In this document: positions 36,331-48,303 of the stretch, piece after piece
Layout of the letters: the number at the start of each line of letters is the position of its first letter
How positions within the stretch are numbered: position 1 is the first letter of the stretch
Assembly: GCA_051530055.1 (NCBI GenBank)
Contig: CM121342.1
Coordinates: 716,797 to 780,796 of the forward strand
DNA length: 64,000 bases
Direction: 5' to 3'
Source of the DNA: Neoechinorhynchus agilis
Lineage: Eukaryota; Animalia; Acanthocephala
Notes under the pieces: model-generated
Databases searched by the model: none
Seen by the model: the letters and a program-made list of their open reading frames with translations, nothing else
What the model was told of the DNA's origin: nothing
Program-made: the position numbers and the translations under genes

Positions 36331-37499
36331 TGGAAAGGAGAAAGCAGAGTTGAGAATCAATGGTGTGGAACTCACCGTCAAAACGAAACTAGTTGAGTAC
36401 CACGGTTCTGCATCCTGCCAGTGAAATACTCATGTACATACGCATCCCCCTTCCACTCATCCGACTGTGATCCCTGCCTAAGCATCAAACATCGGCGCGA
36501 CTGACGACGTCAACAGATCTTTTATAAAATCTCTTCGGCAAATACTGATATCGATCCTTTGGTGATTTTAACGGTCGTATCGGCAATGACCATGAACTAT
36601 GGACCAAAGACCTGGGAAAGTGTAATTCAAACGAGTTGCTGTTATAGGTGCTGTGTACAGAATTCGGGATGTCTATTTTCAAATACGTACTTCCGACTGA
36701 AATCCAGATTCAAGACGACTTGAATGCAGCCTAAGTCCAAAAGCACTGGTACTAAATTGACAAGACGTACTCATCACCGGGACGACTAGAGAAATCGATG
36801 ACGGTTGCACGGACCACAGGCAGCTTTTCTCGAAGCTCAAACTCCAATTGAAGATGAAGTATCTGAAGACGGTTTCATGAAGAAGATGGAACATAGCAAG
36901 AATGAGCGACTCAGCAACGGCACAAGTATTCCCGAAGGGAGTCGACCAACATCTACGGGATTCCACTGCAAAACGGATTCCTGGTCTCAAAAAAAGAGAA
37001 AGCAACCTGATTGGTTAACGCTCAGTAAACAAAAGCGAAAATCTAGAATTGCCTCTGAAAACGATATTCGATCCATACCGAAGAAAAAACAATTTTGAAA
37101 AGCGAAAGCACACGCATTCACCACATTCAAAATGAATGGTGGGTCATGAAGTTCGAAGAACTCCAACAACATTATGACGACCACCCTAGTAAAGGGCGCT
37201 TACGGCACAACGGGCCGGACTAACCACTTCTCCTAAACGCACCTCCGATGATTCTAGATCACAGTTGAGGACCCACACCAGTGCCACTTTAGCCTACTAA
37301 TGTTCAGGGTTTCTAACAGATTTGTCCGTCAACCGCAGCGGCGAAACTCAGAGGTAAGGGGATTGGATTTCTGACACCTACAATAAGCATTCACGGCGAT
37401 AAAACGAAAGTCCTTGGTCCCTTGCCAAGGCAAGCTTAAACACAAACAACCCCAGTAAATGTAACAATAATTCTTGAAAATATCCCGTATCCGAAATTC

Positions 37500-37904
37500 T
37501 CAATAATTGTCAGTTTGTTTTAATGACTTAAGTTCCGACCTTAAGGCATCTGAAGTTCTTAGCAAAAACTCAATATATTTCGCAGTATTGGCTATGTGTT
37601 CTTCAGTCCTTTTGATCTGCTTCCCAAGATTCCCGCATGATCGGCACTCCGATAATTCATTTGTTAAACAAGTTTGTCCTGATCTGAAGCCATCATTCTT
37701 CTCAACGCAGTCGTTAACAAGCTGTTCGTGATCAGCAAAACTCTGAAAATTATGTTCGTCGGCATCATGCGTGCAGAGTTCCGATATTGAATCACATTCG
37801 TTGTTTTTTCGTTTTGTATAATTGATGCCACCAATACTTAATGATTCCTTATCTTGAATCTTTTGAGAGAACGACCACGTTTCTACCATCTTACTAATAC
37901 ACAT
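37500..37904 (-). CDS. 134-aa hypothetical protein with C-terminal coiled-coil tendency
   Basis: Open frame from ATG, 128 nt downstream of the EMC7 stop. No family recognised. Confidence 0.35.
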   Translation of the reverse strand: MCISKMVETWSFSQKIQDKESLSIGGINYTKRKNNECDSISELCTHDADEHNFQSFADHEQLVNDCVEKNDGFRSGQTCLTNELSECRSCGNLGKQIKRTEEHIANTAKYIEFLLRTSDALRSELKSLKQTDNY

Positions 37905-38032
37905 TTTAAAGAATCTAGATCGAAGATTCCGTTTCTATGGCAACGGATTTAAAACTGTACGATTTCCAATCAAAATTCATTAGGGACTTTAAGTCCATTC
38001 CTGGCAAATAAGATTTATTATGAACAAAAAGA

Positions 38033-38728
38033 TCAATTCGGTTTCGATTTTTTAGAACTTCCATGTCGCCGTCGAACATCTTCGTTACCACCGAACCAAT
38101 TAGAGACGATTTCACTCAGATCGGGAACATCACCTCTTGGCTGAAGAAGATTTCCCGCACTTTGAAGATCTTCTTTGACCTGTGGATCGCCCTCAATTAG
38201 TTTTGGAAGCAAAACAAGGATTATGACAGGCACAACCATCATCAAAACCATTGGATTCATCAAGATTTCACGCAACGCAAATCTGTTTAGAGGCTTTTGT
38301 TCGTATTGAATGAGTTGAGCACTTTTAAAATCAAACACGACAGGATAAGGAAGGTTAAGGTCGCCGCCATAAAGGTCCTGTTGAAGAATATTTGCTCTTC
38401 GTACTCTATATTTTCCTCGAGTTGAAATGTCAACCCGAATAGGCTGAAAATGAACATCAGGGTGCATTAGACGTACAATGTGACTCCCGTGAGAAACTCG
38501 TGTAGCTACAAAGCGACCGTTTCGGTCGAAATGAGCTATTCGGTGGTTGTCGTCGATTGAAATCCAAGCGTTAAGCAAAACATCAGCATTTGGACACGGT
38601 AATACACTACCTTCGATCGAGAACAACGCAGGCTGTCGATTCTCCTGCCGGCATAATCCGAAAATAAAGACCAACGTAAAAATTGGCAATATGCTTTTCA
38701 TTAACAAAATCGAAGACTTCATATACAA
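38033..38728 (-). CDS. EMC7: ER membrane protein complex subunit 7, intronless
   Basis: Signal peptide, FSIEG, FQPIRVDISTRGKYRVRR, LPYP, LMNPMVLMMVVP...LLPK and PDLSE, all typical of EMC7. Confidence 0.92.
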   Translation of the reverse strand: MYMKSSILLMKSILPIFTLVFIFGLCRQENRQPALFSIEGSVLPCPNADVLLNAWISIDDNHRIAHFDRNGRFVATRVSHGSHIVRLMHPDVHFQPIRVDISTRGKYRVRRANILQQDLYGGDLNLPYPVVFDFKSAQLIQYEQKPLNRFALREILMNPMVLMMVVPVIILVLLPKLIEGDPQVKEDLQSAGNLLQPRGDVPDLSEIVSNWFGGNEDVRRRHGSSKKSKPN

Positions 38729-39460
38729 TCGTCAAAATTTTGTAGTTAATTTCTTTCGTATTGAAAGCGCTGGTTTGAAATTCAATCTAAATGTACACAA
38801 ACTGACGTCAACAATTTTGATACCTCAGTGTTTTGAAGATTAAATTGTGAAATTTTGACTGAACGCCTTTAGCGATGTTACTTGAAAATTTGTTCAAGTG
38901 TGTTTTTGTCCTCCTAGATCCTTCGAAATATCGGACTTGATAATTTTCTCGAATATCTACGCCATAAATACTTTTTCTTAAGAAAGTTGCTCTATTCGCT
39001 GATTGTGCAGGTTCGACCATACATGTCAAAAAAACTAAATGTCCAATGACGTCGAATTCTAGCCGCAATTCGGAAAATAGTATTCCTTCCACAAACAACA
39101 ATGAACAATTCAATCTTCAAACAGTCTTATAAACTTTGATAATTGTTTAAAGATTGAATTGTTCATATCGGAAAATAACCTTGATAAGGGAACAATATTG
39201 GTCCGAAATATCGAATTCAATAAATTCAAAATTTTCTGTCATATAAAAGCAGACTGATAATTTTCATTACATCGACGTCCTAAATATTGATGATTTAGAA
39301 TTGAAGCTAAGGCTAGTAGCGCTTTCTAGCCCCTTCTTCGTAGAAAATGCATCTACAACTTAGTTCTTAGTCAATTTACACTTTAATCCTCTTTAGAGAC
39401 ACCTAAATTGAATTGTTCAGATACTTTCAAAAGTGGCGATTTTAAACATCGTAGTACAAT

Positions 39461-39941
39461 TAGAATATTTTGCGACTGTATAATTTAAGATCACGGATGA
39501 GGCGAGGCTTCCTCGAAAAATATTTTAGTTCAATAATTCCGTTCAGAAGCAAATATTGTGCTACATTTTAGTTATTTTTCACATTTTTTCATTAGTTTTA
39601 AAATTCTAAATTTGTATTTATTGAAGTTCTAGTGATCATAATTCCGGATAAAACTATGTTTTATTGAATTAGAATATTTTAGGACTGTCTTATTTAAAAT
39701 GAATGATGGGGGATTCCTCGCGGAATATTTTAATTCAATAATTCCGTTCAGAAGCAAATTTGAAATTTTAAAGTATATAAGAATTATATATCCTTATTTA
39801 TGCTGTGTTACTTTCTTTTCACATTTTTTCATTAAATTAAGACATGGAATTGACATGGATTTTTTACAGTTTTAAAATTCTAAATTTGTATTTATTGAAG
39901 TTCTGGTGATCATAATCACGGATAAAACTATATTTTATTGA
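39461..39941 (+). repeat. Tandem two-unit repeat (~210 and ~270 nt), each unit with an eroded hammerhead-like motif
   Basis: Units start agaatattttgcgactgt and agaatattttaggactgt and share caataattccgttcagaagcaaat and ttgtatttattgaagttct. cGGATGAG-GCGAGG ctt CCTCG-AAAAATATTTT lies at 39494-39526. Confidence 0.6.
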
Positions 39942-41613
39942 AAATATCGATATGTGAGGTACCGGGGAATGTGATTGAAATTATTGTTTAGGTCCACACC
40001 CTCGATAAATGATTATTTATTAAAAACGTTCGCGAATCCCGTCGGGTTCATCATCAGTTCTAATTGAAATATTTCTTGAGCAAGGATTATGATCATTAGT
40101 GCTGCAATTCTATCATCCCGAGGGATTTTCTCTCCGTTATTTTATTTATGTACATATCAAAATTTACCAAAAATACTCTCCGTTCTTTTTTATTTTGTCT
40201 TTTGTATTTAAAAAGTATTTAAAGAAAACCCTGTCGTTTTTACACTTTAAGCACGAAAAACGAAGGAAAATCTACAACGTGCAACCTAGAAATATTCGCT
40301 ATCAATCTTTCAAAGTCTAACTAGGAAGTGTTTTGGCCATTAATAATATTTGAACCGTGAAGGAAATGAGTTTCATACATTCTGTAAGACCTTGTTATTC
40401 TATAAATAGTTTCAACAATTCAGACTTGCAATGTATCAGTGTGGAAATTAAAGCGATGATCAAACGCCTCCATTTTTGCAAATAAGTGCAACGAAAGGAT
40501 GTTAAATGATTTAAAAATAAACCAGAAACTTACGACCTAGTTTTTCGAAATTCGTCGCTCATTGCATTGCTATGCGGAAAATGCCCTTTATCCAAAACAA
40601 CGAATCTGGAACCAGGAACTTTATCTTGTAATTTACAGTTGGTTTGTTCCTTGTCTTGGTAGGAAAACTCGAACCCCTTACTCCGATTCCAGTGATTGTT
40701 CTGGATAAGCAACGTTTTATGTTATAGACGGTACTTCATAATGACGACAATTTTAAAATGCTGACGAATTTATGGACGTCTCGCAAACTGCTAGCTGATT
40801 CGTCATTTGGCATATTCACTTCCTTATCTGAAGCAATAGCAGACTGCTCTTTCTTGAAGTTTGTCGATGTCTCATTCATGATTTTCGAAACTTTTACTGG
40901 AAACGTCTGCAGCAGTCTACGTTGCTTTGAAACATCCTTGTTGGAATCTTGAATACTGCCTGCAATTGACTTTAAAATGGGGTGTTTTCAATGTTATCCG
41001 TCACTGTAGTCAACAAAGCATTTCGATGTGTTTCAATTATGGATTCATTGCAATTTCAACAATTCCTTCGAATATATCGGAATCTTGATGGTTTCTGAGA
41101 TGGAAAACCCTGATTTAGGCTGTTCTTTATCATGAATATTCATAACATTTTGATCTCAGTCCTCGAATTGATACCTTTATTTGATTCCAAACAAAAACCC
41201 ACTGTGTTGTGTTTTATGTGGTCCAAAATATTTATGGCCTTTCGCTGTTTCCGCATACCTTTGTGAACTAATAACGACCCCGGTTGAATTTTCACACTTT
41301 GTATGAAAAACCCATTCCTTTTAAGGCGAAAGTCCCGCCTCCTCCTGATGATCCTGAGGAATGTACAAAACTCATAACCGTATGATTCACGGTTTTGAGT
41401 GTCTCTCACCCAGATCGGTGGGTTGTGTGCCCAAGGACAGCTGTGTAAGTTATGTTCACTTCAACACTTAAAAAAAGTAACCGGCTAGCCAGACATAAAA
41501 AACATCGCGTTTGATTCCAAAGTACATTCTGATTAATTATCTTTCGAGCTGGTATTTAATTTTAAGTCTTTTTGTTTTAGAACTGAACGTATTTGTTACC
41601 ATTTAACATCAAA

Positions 41614-43765
41614 ATGGATCTCCGTGAACAATTCATGCAATTTCAGTCGGAATTTAGCCGACTTGTAATGGACAGAAGCGCAAATCCGCTCATTAACAAG
41701 AATCTACCATCACTACCGGATGGAATTAGTGATCGATTCAAGCGGTTGATTGAATATACCATTGGACAAGGAAAGTGTTTTAGATCGATCCTTTTTCTTC
41801 GAATATTTGAACACCTCCGTGAATATAATAGCAAACTAAAGGATGAGAAATATATAAGTCAGCCTTTACGCTTTTAAGCGAAAATGAATTGTACGTTTTG
41901 GAATGTTTTCTCATTTGTTCTTACCAACAAAACATACGCGATTTCGTGCATTTTTATTTGCCAATATTTAAGTTTCATTCCTGGAAGTTATCTAAGAGCC
42001 TTTTTATTATTTGTAGTAAATATCAAAGAAAATAGCAGCCCTTTCCAAAATTTTTCTCTAATAATTCGGCTTCATAGAAAAACGCTGCAAATTAGCTATT
42101 AACGTGAATCTTAAAAATTTATAAAGATTTACTTTGGATCGAGACGGCTAAGCGGAGAAAATGGCACAAAAATGTTTACAAAAAATCATTGGCCAGTCGA
42201 TGTAGCATAGAATTTAAAGGTTTTGGTTTTTGTAGCCGGAGCATGTAACCTTCCTTTATTTCCTTTTTAACCAACTCGTATCGCTTTTAAATAAAACGAT
42301 GGATTCTGGCGATCGCATGGTCTATCGAGGTGATCCAAGCAGCGCTTCTTATCGCAGATGATCTGATGGACCAATCATCGCTAAGACGAAATAAACCATG
42401 CTGGCACTTGGTTTGTGGAGATAATCCTCTAGCTGCTGTCAATGATGCGTTTTATCTCATATTTTTGATATTTTGCCTTTTCGATAAGCTTAAGATTGAA
42501 GAAGGTGTCGAGGCTGGATTTAATGACCACGTTTACATTCAAATTGTACGCCTGTTCCACGAAATGTTATATTTTACAACCGTCGGTCAAGCAATGGACA
42601 TGGACTCCTTTAAATTCAACGAAAAATCCTTTACGGAAGTAAACCATCTACTGGACACTTACAAGAGGATTTGTGAGTACAAAACCACCTTTTATGCTCG
42701 ACCAGATTTTGTTTCGCTTTTCCAAATGCATTCTTTTTTCTCTTTTGGATTCATACAATTTACGCCTACCGAAAATCTCTAGAAATTGTGCTATTTAGAA
42801 TAAAACAAAAATCATCAAGTATTTATGTTATATTCTTGTTGTGCAGATCAAACCCCGAGAACTATTCTTATTACTTAATATTTCGTAGACATAATCCACC
42901 TCTTCAGACATTGCTTGTAATTTTTTAACTCACATATTTAAAAACTTGCAAACAATGTCTGACGAGGTGGATTTTGTCCACGAAATATTGATATTTATGT
43001 TATGATACGGTTGACATTTTATTTATACGGCTATCCAATAAGTAGACTGGTTTAAGACTTCAATGCACCATGTAAGGGATCGGTTATTTAGAGCTAATGT
43101 TGATCCTTCTGTAGCCTGGCTTCGGACACACCTCAATCTGTTAGTCATTTGTACCGAGCATGCAAGTGGCTTATTTATCATTAGGTTATTGAAGGCCGTC
43201 ATGATCGACTTCCATTTATCCATCGCATTTTCCTTCGGAATCCTTCTAAAATCTGATCATTTACACGATAACGTTTCCAGTTAAAGCAGCCATCATCGCA
43301 GTGTCTACCGAAACACCGATATTTTCAATTGCCTTTGAAAAGTTCACTTGTGATATAGGTCGTCTCTTCCAAATGATGGATGATATGAAAGATTGGGTAG
43401 GTGGATCAAGCGGTAAGACTCATGGAGTTGATATCCGGGAAGGAAAGTTGACTTGGCCGCTAATAAGTGTTATTTCAAGCAAACTAGACTTTGAAGATCG
43501 TCAAAAACTGATTCAAAATTATGGGAAGGAGAATGAGACAAGTGTAGGCATAGTCATTGGGCTCTATGAAAAGAACGAAATTCTAAAGAAATTTCACTCG
43601 GAAGTAAAATCGTTATGTCGCAATGTGAAACTTGTTGTCAGTAAAGAGTTGCCCTTGGAGTTTGACAAGATTGCACGAATGATTTTATTTGAGCTTACCA
43701 ATATGGGGCAAAAAGATGGAATTATTAGTGACCTCAGTTTGGTCGATCTGTATAATGGAGAATAA
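41614..43765 (+). CDS. FPPS-like trans-isoprenyl diphosphate synthase, 3 exons with atypical junctions
   Basis: GKCFR, AWSIEVIQA..IADDLMD..LRRNKPCW, AVNDA, GQAMDM, YKTTFY, GRLFQMMDDMKD, DIREGKLTWP match the FPPS motifs. Confidence 0.85.
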
Positions 43766-44614
43766 ATAATGAAGCGGTGATTTTTTAATAGCCGCGATAC
43801 AACATTATAATTTACCGAAAAGTGAAGCATTAAAAAGTTACTCAACGCTCGAAAATCGTGATGATAACAAACAGAAGACTATCTTAAGCGAACGATTAGT
43901 GACAAAATGAAACTGTCTTATAGGAAAATCCTAACCAATACGACGTGAGCATATTTTACCCAATATATGCAATTTAGTCAGCAATGCGGTCACTTTAAGT
44001 TTAAAAAATTAATTTTTTGTCGTATAAAACTTTTAGGAAAATACCGTTAAGAATTATTGTTTAGGTATACACCCGCAATAAATGATTATTTCGATTAAAG
44101 ACGTTTCGAACCTTGTCGGGTTCATAATTAGTTCTAAAATACAAATGAATGAGTAATTACTTCGCTCTCACACGCGCTTATGGTTGATTGTGTTGTTTCA
44201 TTTTTAGCTGTTCAGACAGAGCTCAGCAAACTTTTGAAGTACTGAATATTGACAACTTTCAGATGCATCTCCACCTACAAGTAAATTAAACATCTTATTC
44301 ACAAAGACTCTCCAGCTTTCCTTTTAGGACTTTCGATTAATATGTGCAAATGCGTAAATGTTTTATTGATTGAACGATTGATAATAGCGGCTTGCTCAGG
44401 CCCTCCTCCAAATTGCCCTAGTTAACTCCCTGTTAATCATCCAAAAAAGTCCTTGCAATAAACAAGGTTATAAAGGTACTGATTAATGAAAATCATTTGA
44501 CTAGGAATAAAACTGCTGAATTATATTGAGCTCCACTTGTGCTCCATTTTAACTTTTTCGTTTTTCGAGTCAAGCTCGTTAAAAAATTAAGCCAAATAAG
44601 CGGGAAGCGATTTG

Positions 44615-44715
44615 TATCGCGAAATTCTAAGAGATTGAGACGAATCACTGCCGATCCGAGATCAGGAGCATTCGTCCTACAAAACATAAGTCTATCTGTG
44701 CAACGAGGGAACATC
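44615..44715 (+). mobile_element. CRE-like element C-terminal fragment (also at 56316-56416)
   Basis: KRLRRITADPRSGAFVLQNISLSVQRGN. Nucleotide match to 33640-33690 on the minus strand. Confidence 0.6.
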
Positions 44716-45021
44716 AGAGAAGTGATATGACCACTTAAACTCTGATGGAACTTTAAGAGTTCGTACTTCTCTCTGGATCCTCAGATACATCCAGGAGGTT
44801 TCATCCCGCGAGTTTTCGAATCGTTGATCGTTTTCACGAAAAATATATTCGTTTGATATTATTTTTATACGAATGCTTTTGAAAATGTCGGATTTTTTGT
44901 ATCTCATTTTTGAGACAGCAATACAAATTATCCCGAAACTCGAACTTTCATGGCGCTTCTTTTGCTGAAAAATGTCTTTGATATGTGAATCTGTTGAACT
45001 TTTTGGCATACTGTACATAAC

Positions 45022-45093
45022 GGGAGTGTAGCTCAGTGGTAGAGCATTCGACTGCAGATCGAGAGGTCCCCGGTTCAATCCCGGGCGCTCCCT
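45022..45093 (+). tRNA. tRNA-Cys(GCA)
   Basis: 72-nt cloverleaf: GGGAGTG/CGCTCCC acceptor stem, TAGCTCAGTGGTAGAGC D-arm, CTGCAGA anticodon loop, GGTTCAATCC T-arm. Confidence 0.97.
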
Positions 45094-47984
45094 TTCAAAA
45101 CGACCATTTCCACCAAATTTTATAACAAACATTCAAGCACAAAGCAAGTTGAGATTTTTTCGAAATTCGCATTCCATAAGAGAACACCGGAGATCGGATT
45201 TTTGATGCTGCCAGAGATCATCCCATTGAAGGTAATCCTGATAACAATTTTTAAACTTTAGGTATTTTTCTCGAATTGATTTATTCACCTTTCAATTTTT
45301 GGATTATGCTGCCAAATGTAAGAAATTATAAAACTCGAACACGGCTGAGCTCATCTTAAAGCACACTTATAAAATTTTTATCTTACATTTAAAGAAGTAA
45401 AGTGACGTAGTAAAGGCGAAATGCTTCTGAATGCGTTTACAAGATTGAACCGAAAACATCGATTAACATTTCCCAATTGGGTTTAAATTTTTTATTCCGA
45501 AGATCGTTCTGTCGATGTAAACGACCTTTTCTCTAAAGTTTTATTGTGCTGTTGTTTGTTTATGTTGCTGGCAAATTCTGAAATTAAATAATAGAGCAAA
45601 ATGAAATACTTTTAGTTGCAATTTGATAGCGCAAGGATTAATTTGTATTAAATTTCCGACACGTATAAATATATCGTTTTTCTTCGAAAATGTCTTAATT
45701 CCATTATTCACGATTGAATGTTCTTTATACGGCAGAAAAAGGTCGAACATCTCATATTTCAGGCAATCGAACATTAAAAACTTTGAGTTTTTCGAGTTTA
45801 GAATCTAAGAAGCGTGAGTTATTGATGTAGAAATTAGTTTTTGATCGACAGTAAGAATCTCTTCACGGAAACATTTCGATTTTCGTTAAATTTTTTGTCG
45901 ACAAGTTATTCTTTTTAATGTCTGAGAACGTCAAAGACACCAAATCTTTTATAAAATTTAAATTTATAAAAGAAGGTCAGGCTGATCTAAGAAAGGTGAT
46001 AACTCTTTAACTTGGTTCAAGTTATATTTTCTTTTAAATGTGTATAACGGGCGAGTTTCTACCCAAATAACAATGCAGCAGAAAGCATGTTTTAAATAAG
46101 GTCGGCTCTCAAAGTAATCTTCAACCTTCGACAATAATCAAAAATTGACCTCTGCGCTTTTTTTAATAAATTTCATGGGCGCAAAAAAGTTGTTTTGATC
46201 TTCATCGGGCCTTCGTTATTCACCGGTATTTTTTACTTTGAACTGCAATGAGAGAAGCTCTCTACTTCGCGTTAATGTGATTTTAGTTCTATATTTCGTT
46301 AGACGTTCTACAGAAAAACTTTTTGTCAAGTGATGCCAAGTCTTGAAATGTCATGGAACCCACAAATGCGACGGTAAACGAACAAATAAAGTGGAGTAGC
46401 AAAAATAGGTAATGTTATCAACGTTCTCTAAATTCGACTTACTTCTTTTGCTAACTGCAAAGAAAAAAATAATCATTCGCACACTTTTAATCTATTTCTT
46501 TAATGAGTGTTCGGACTTGTAGACGGCATAGCAATTGGAGCATCCGCTTTTGCATGATATCCCACAACTTTACAAAAGCTGGGAGTGAATTTGCCGTCCG
46601 GTTGAAGTGAAACTTCGATTAGAATGTCCACGAATTCCCATCCACCGGCTAAAAGCTAAACTAAACGTCTGAGGTGTAATGAAAGCGTTATTGACATACC
46701 CGAGCTACCATTGGGAGCTTTCTTCTATTAATTGGAAAATCGACGATATAATCGTTTAAAACCAGTGAATCGCTTTTCGATCTGTTTAAGGCTTCACAAA
46801 TATCACTCTTGAGCAACTCAATGCAACGTTGAACATAGGAAAAGTCAAAACGGCTAAGGCAAGGTATTGGCATTTTACGGCGTGTGATGATTATGGATAT
46901 CGCAACAAATCTATACACCGATTTCGGGAAAGGCAAAAACAACCTAAACGATTATACGATGTTGCCAAAGGAAGGTAATAATCGAGCGGCCCAGAAAACA
47001 CGTTGATTGTTTTCTGGCCAAAAACAGTGTAAATATTCGGTAAATGAACGGCTTGTATTGCCATTGAATGATTTTTTTAATTGACTTTGTCAATAGTCCA
47101 AATGATTTATTTTTCGATAAAAAATTGGCAAGTATTTCCGTAATGCCCATTTTAAGAATTGGAAATTTAGGAAGCGGAAATAGATATCTCGATCAGCGAT
47201 GCACTAAAGTTACCACAGTTTTTAGTAATCCAAAATGACATAGAACAAGAAGAGAAGTGTTTAAGCAAACACGATCATAGTTTTAGTAAATATGATTTCA
47301 TGTTTTTTCCCGTTATTTGTTTATACCGCCAGAAATTATTTTGAAAAATCACAGTTAAGGACATAATCTTGACAGTTTCTCTGTAACACTCACTAAATTA
47401 TATAATTAAACAGCGACGTAGAAATAAGTTGATATTTGGACCATAATAAAGACGAATACTCCAATAAATATCTAACCCCGCTTTGCGTTGAATTGTTTCA
47501 TATTCTTGCTCCGTAGAAGGATGAATTTTATGAAATCATCCAAAACTTTATGTGAATTAAAACAAAACCCAAAATGAGGACGATGTTTGCCAATCTTTCA
47601 ATTCGGTCAACACCACAATTTGGGAAAATGAAAGCCGCTGAACCATGCAACTCAAGTATCTAGTGAAACTGATGGGTTTTTCATTGTTCCGTCGTTGCAG
47701 ATCCAAAAAAAGTTAGTTGGTTGTTTTTTCCGCTCTTTCAGCAGCAAACAGATGTTCAATTGTTGTTGGAATTCTGAGGAATTTAAGACTTAAACTGAAA
47801 GATGTGTATAGCAGATTAGATTGCCCAATGAAAAAGTCGAAAACACAGTAAAGTTTAGCGAAGAAAAGATAAATGGCTTGTCGTTTATTAAAAAAGACGT
47901 TCTATTGATTCAGATTTAGGACAACCCTTCTTCGGCTTTATTAGTTTTCCTTCTTGGCATGAAGCCAGATCGATATCTTACATC

Positions 47985-48125
47985 AAGGAAGTGATTGAAT
48001 CACTTAGACACTGATGCATAGTGTAAGGAGTTTACACATCCCCTCCGGATTCTCAGATACCACCCGAGGAGGATGGACTCATTAGTGAGTTTCCTCCCTT
48101 CAGCGGTATTTCGTCCCCTAAATCT
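47985..48125 (-). repeat. Dispersed repeat with hammerhead core strands in non-circular order and a 3' aagtgat/atcactt hairpin
   Basis: Homologous to 59192-59320 (+). Degenerate copies at ~41325-41400 (+), 44730-44815 (-), 56431-56516 (-) and 58888-58950 (-). Confidence 0.75.
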
Positions 48126-48303
48126 GCGATGATACCTTTAATTTCGTTCTCTTTCAATATTTAAAATAGAGGAAAAAGGAAAAAATCTGAGTAAGGGATG
48201 TTCGATCACTTAGTTTTAGAATGCTCAAATGCTTCCAAATAAATAGGGAAATAATGAAGTATTAAATAATTTGTTGTATTTTCCAATAAGAAACGTGATT
48301 TGC

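Larger units (their letters stand above)
44224..46322 (+). repeat. ~2.1-kb segmental duplication, copy A (direct repeat of 55925-58016)
   Basis: Near-identical sequence at an offset of ~11.7 kb, including the tRNA-Cys and a CRE-like fragment. Confidence 0.95.

Noticed and set aside
44692-45132. 146-aa minus-strand ORF (and its duplicate at 56393-56833)
   Set aside because: It runs antisense through the tRNA-Cys and repeat fragments. Its recurrence reflects the segmental duplication, not coding constraint.
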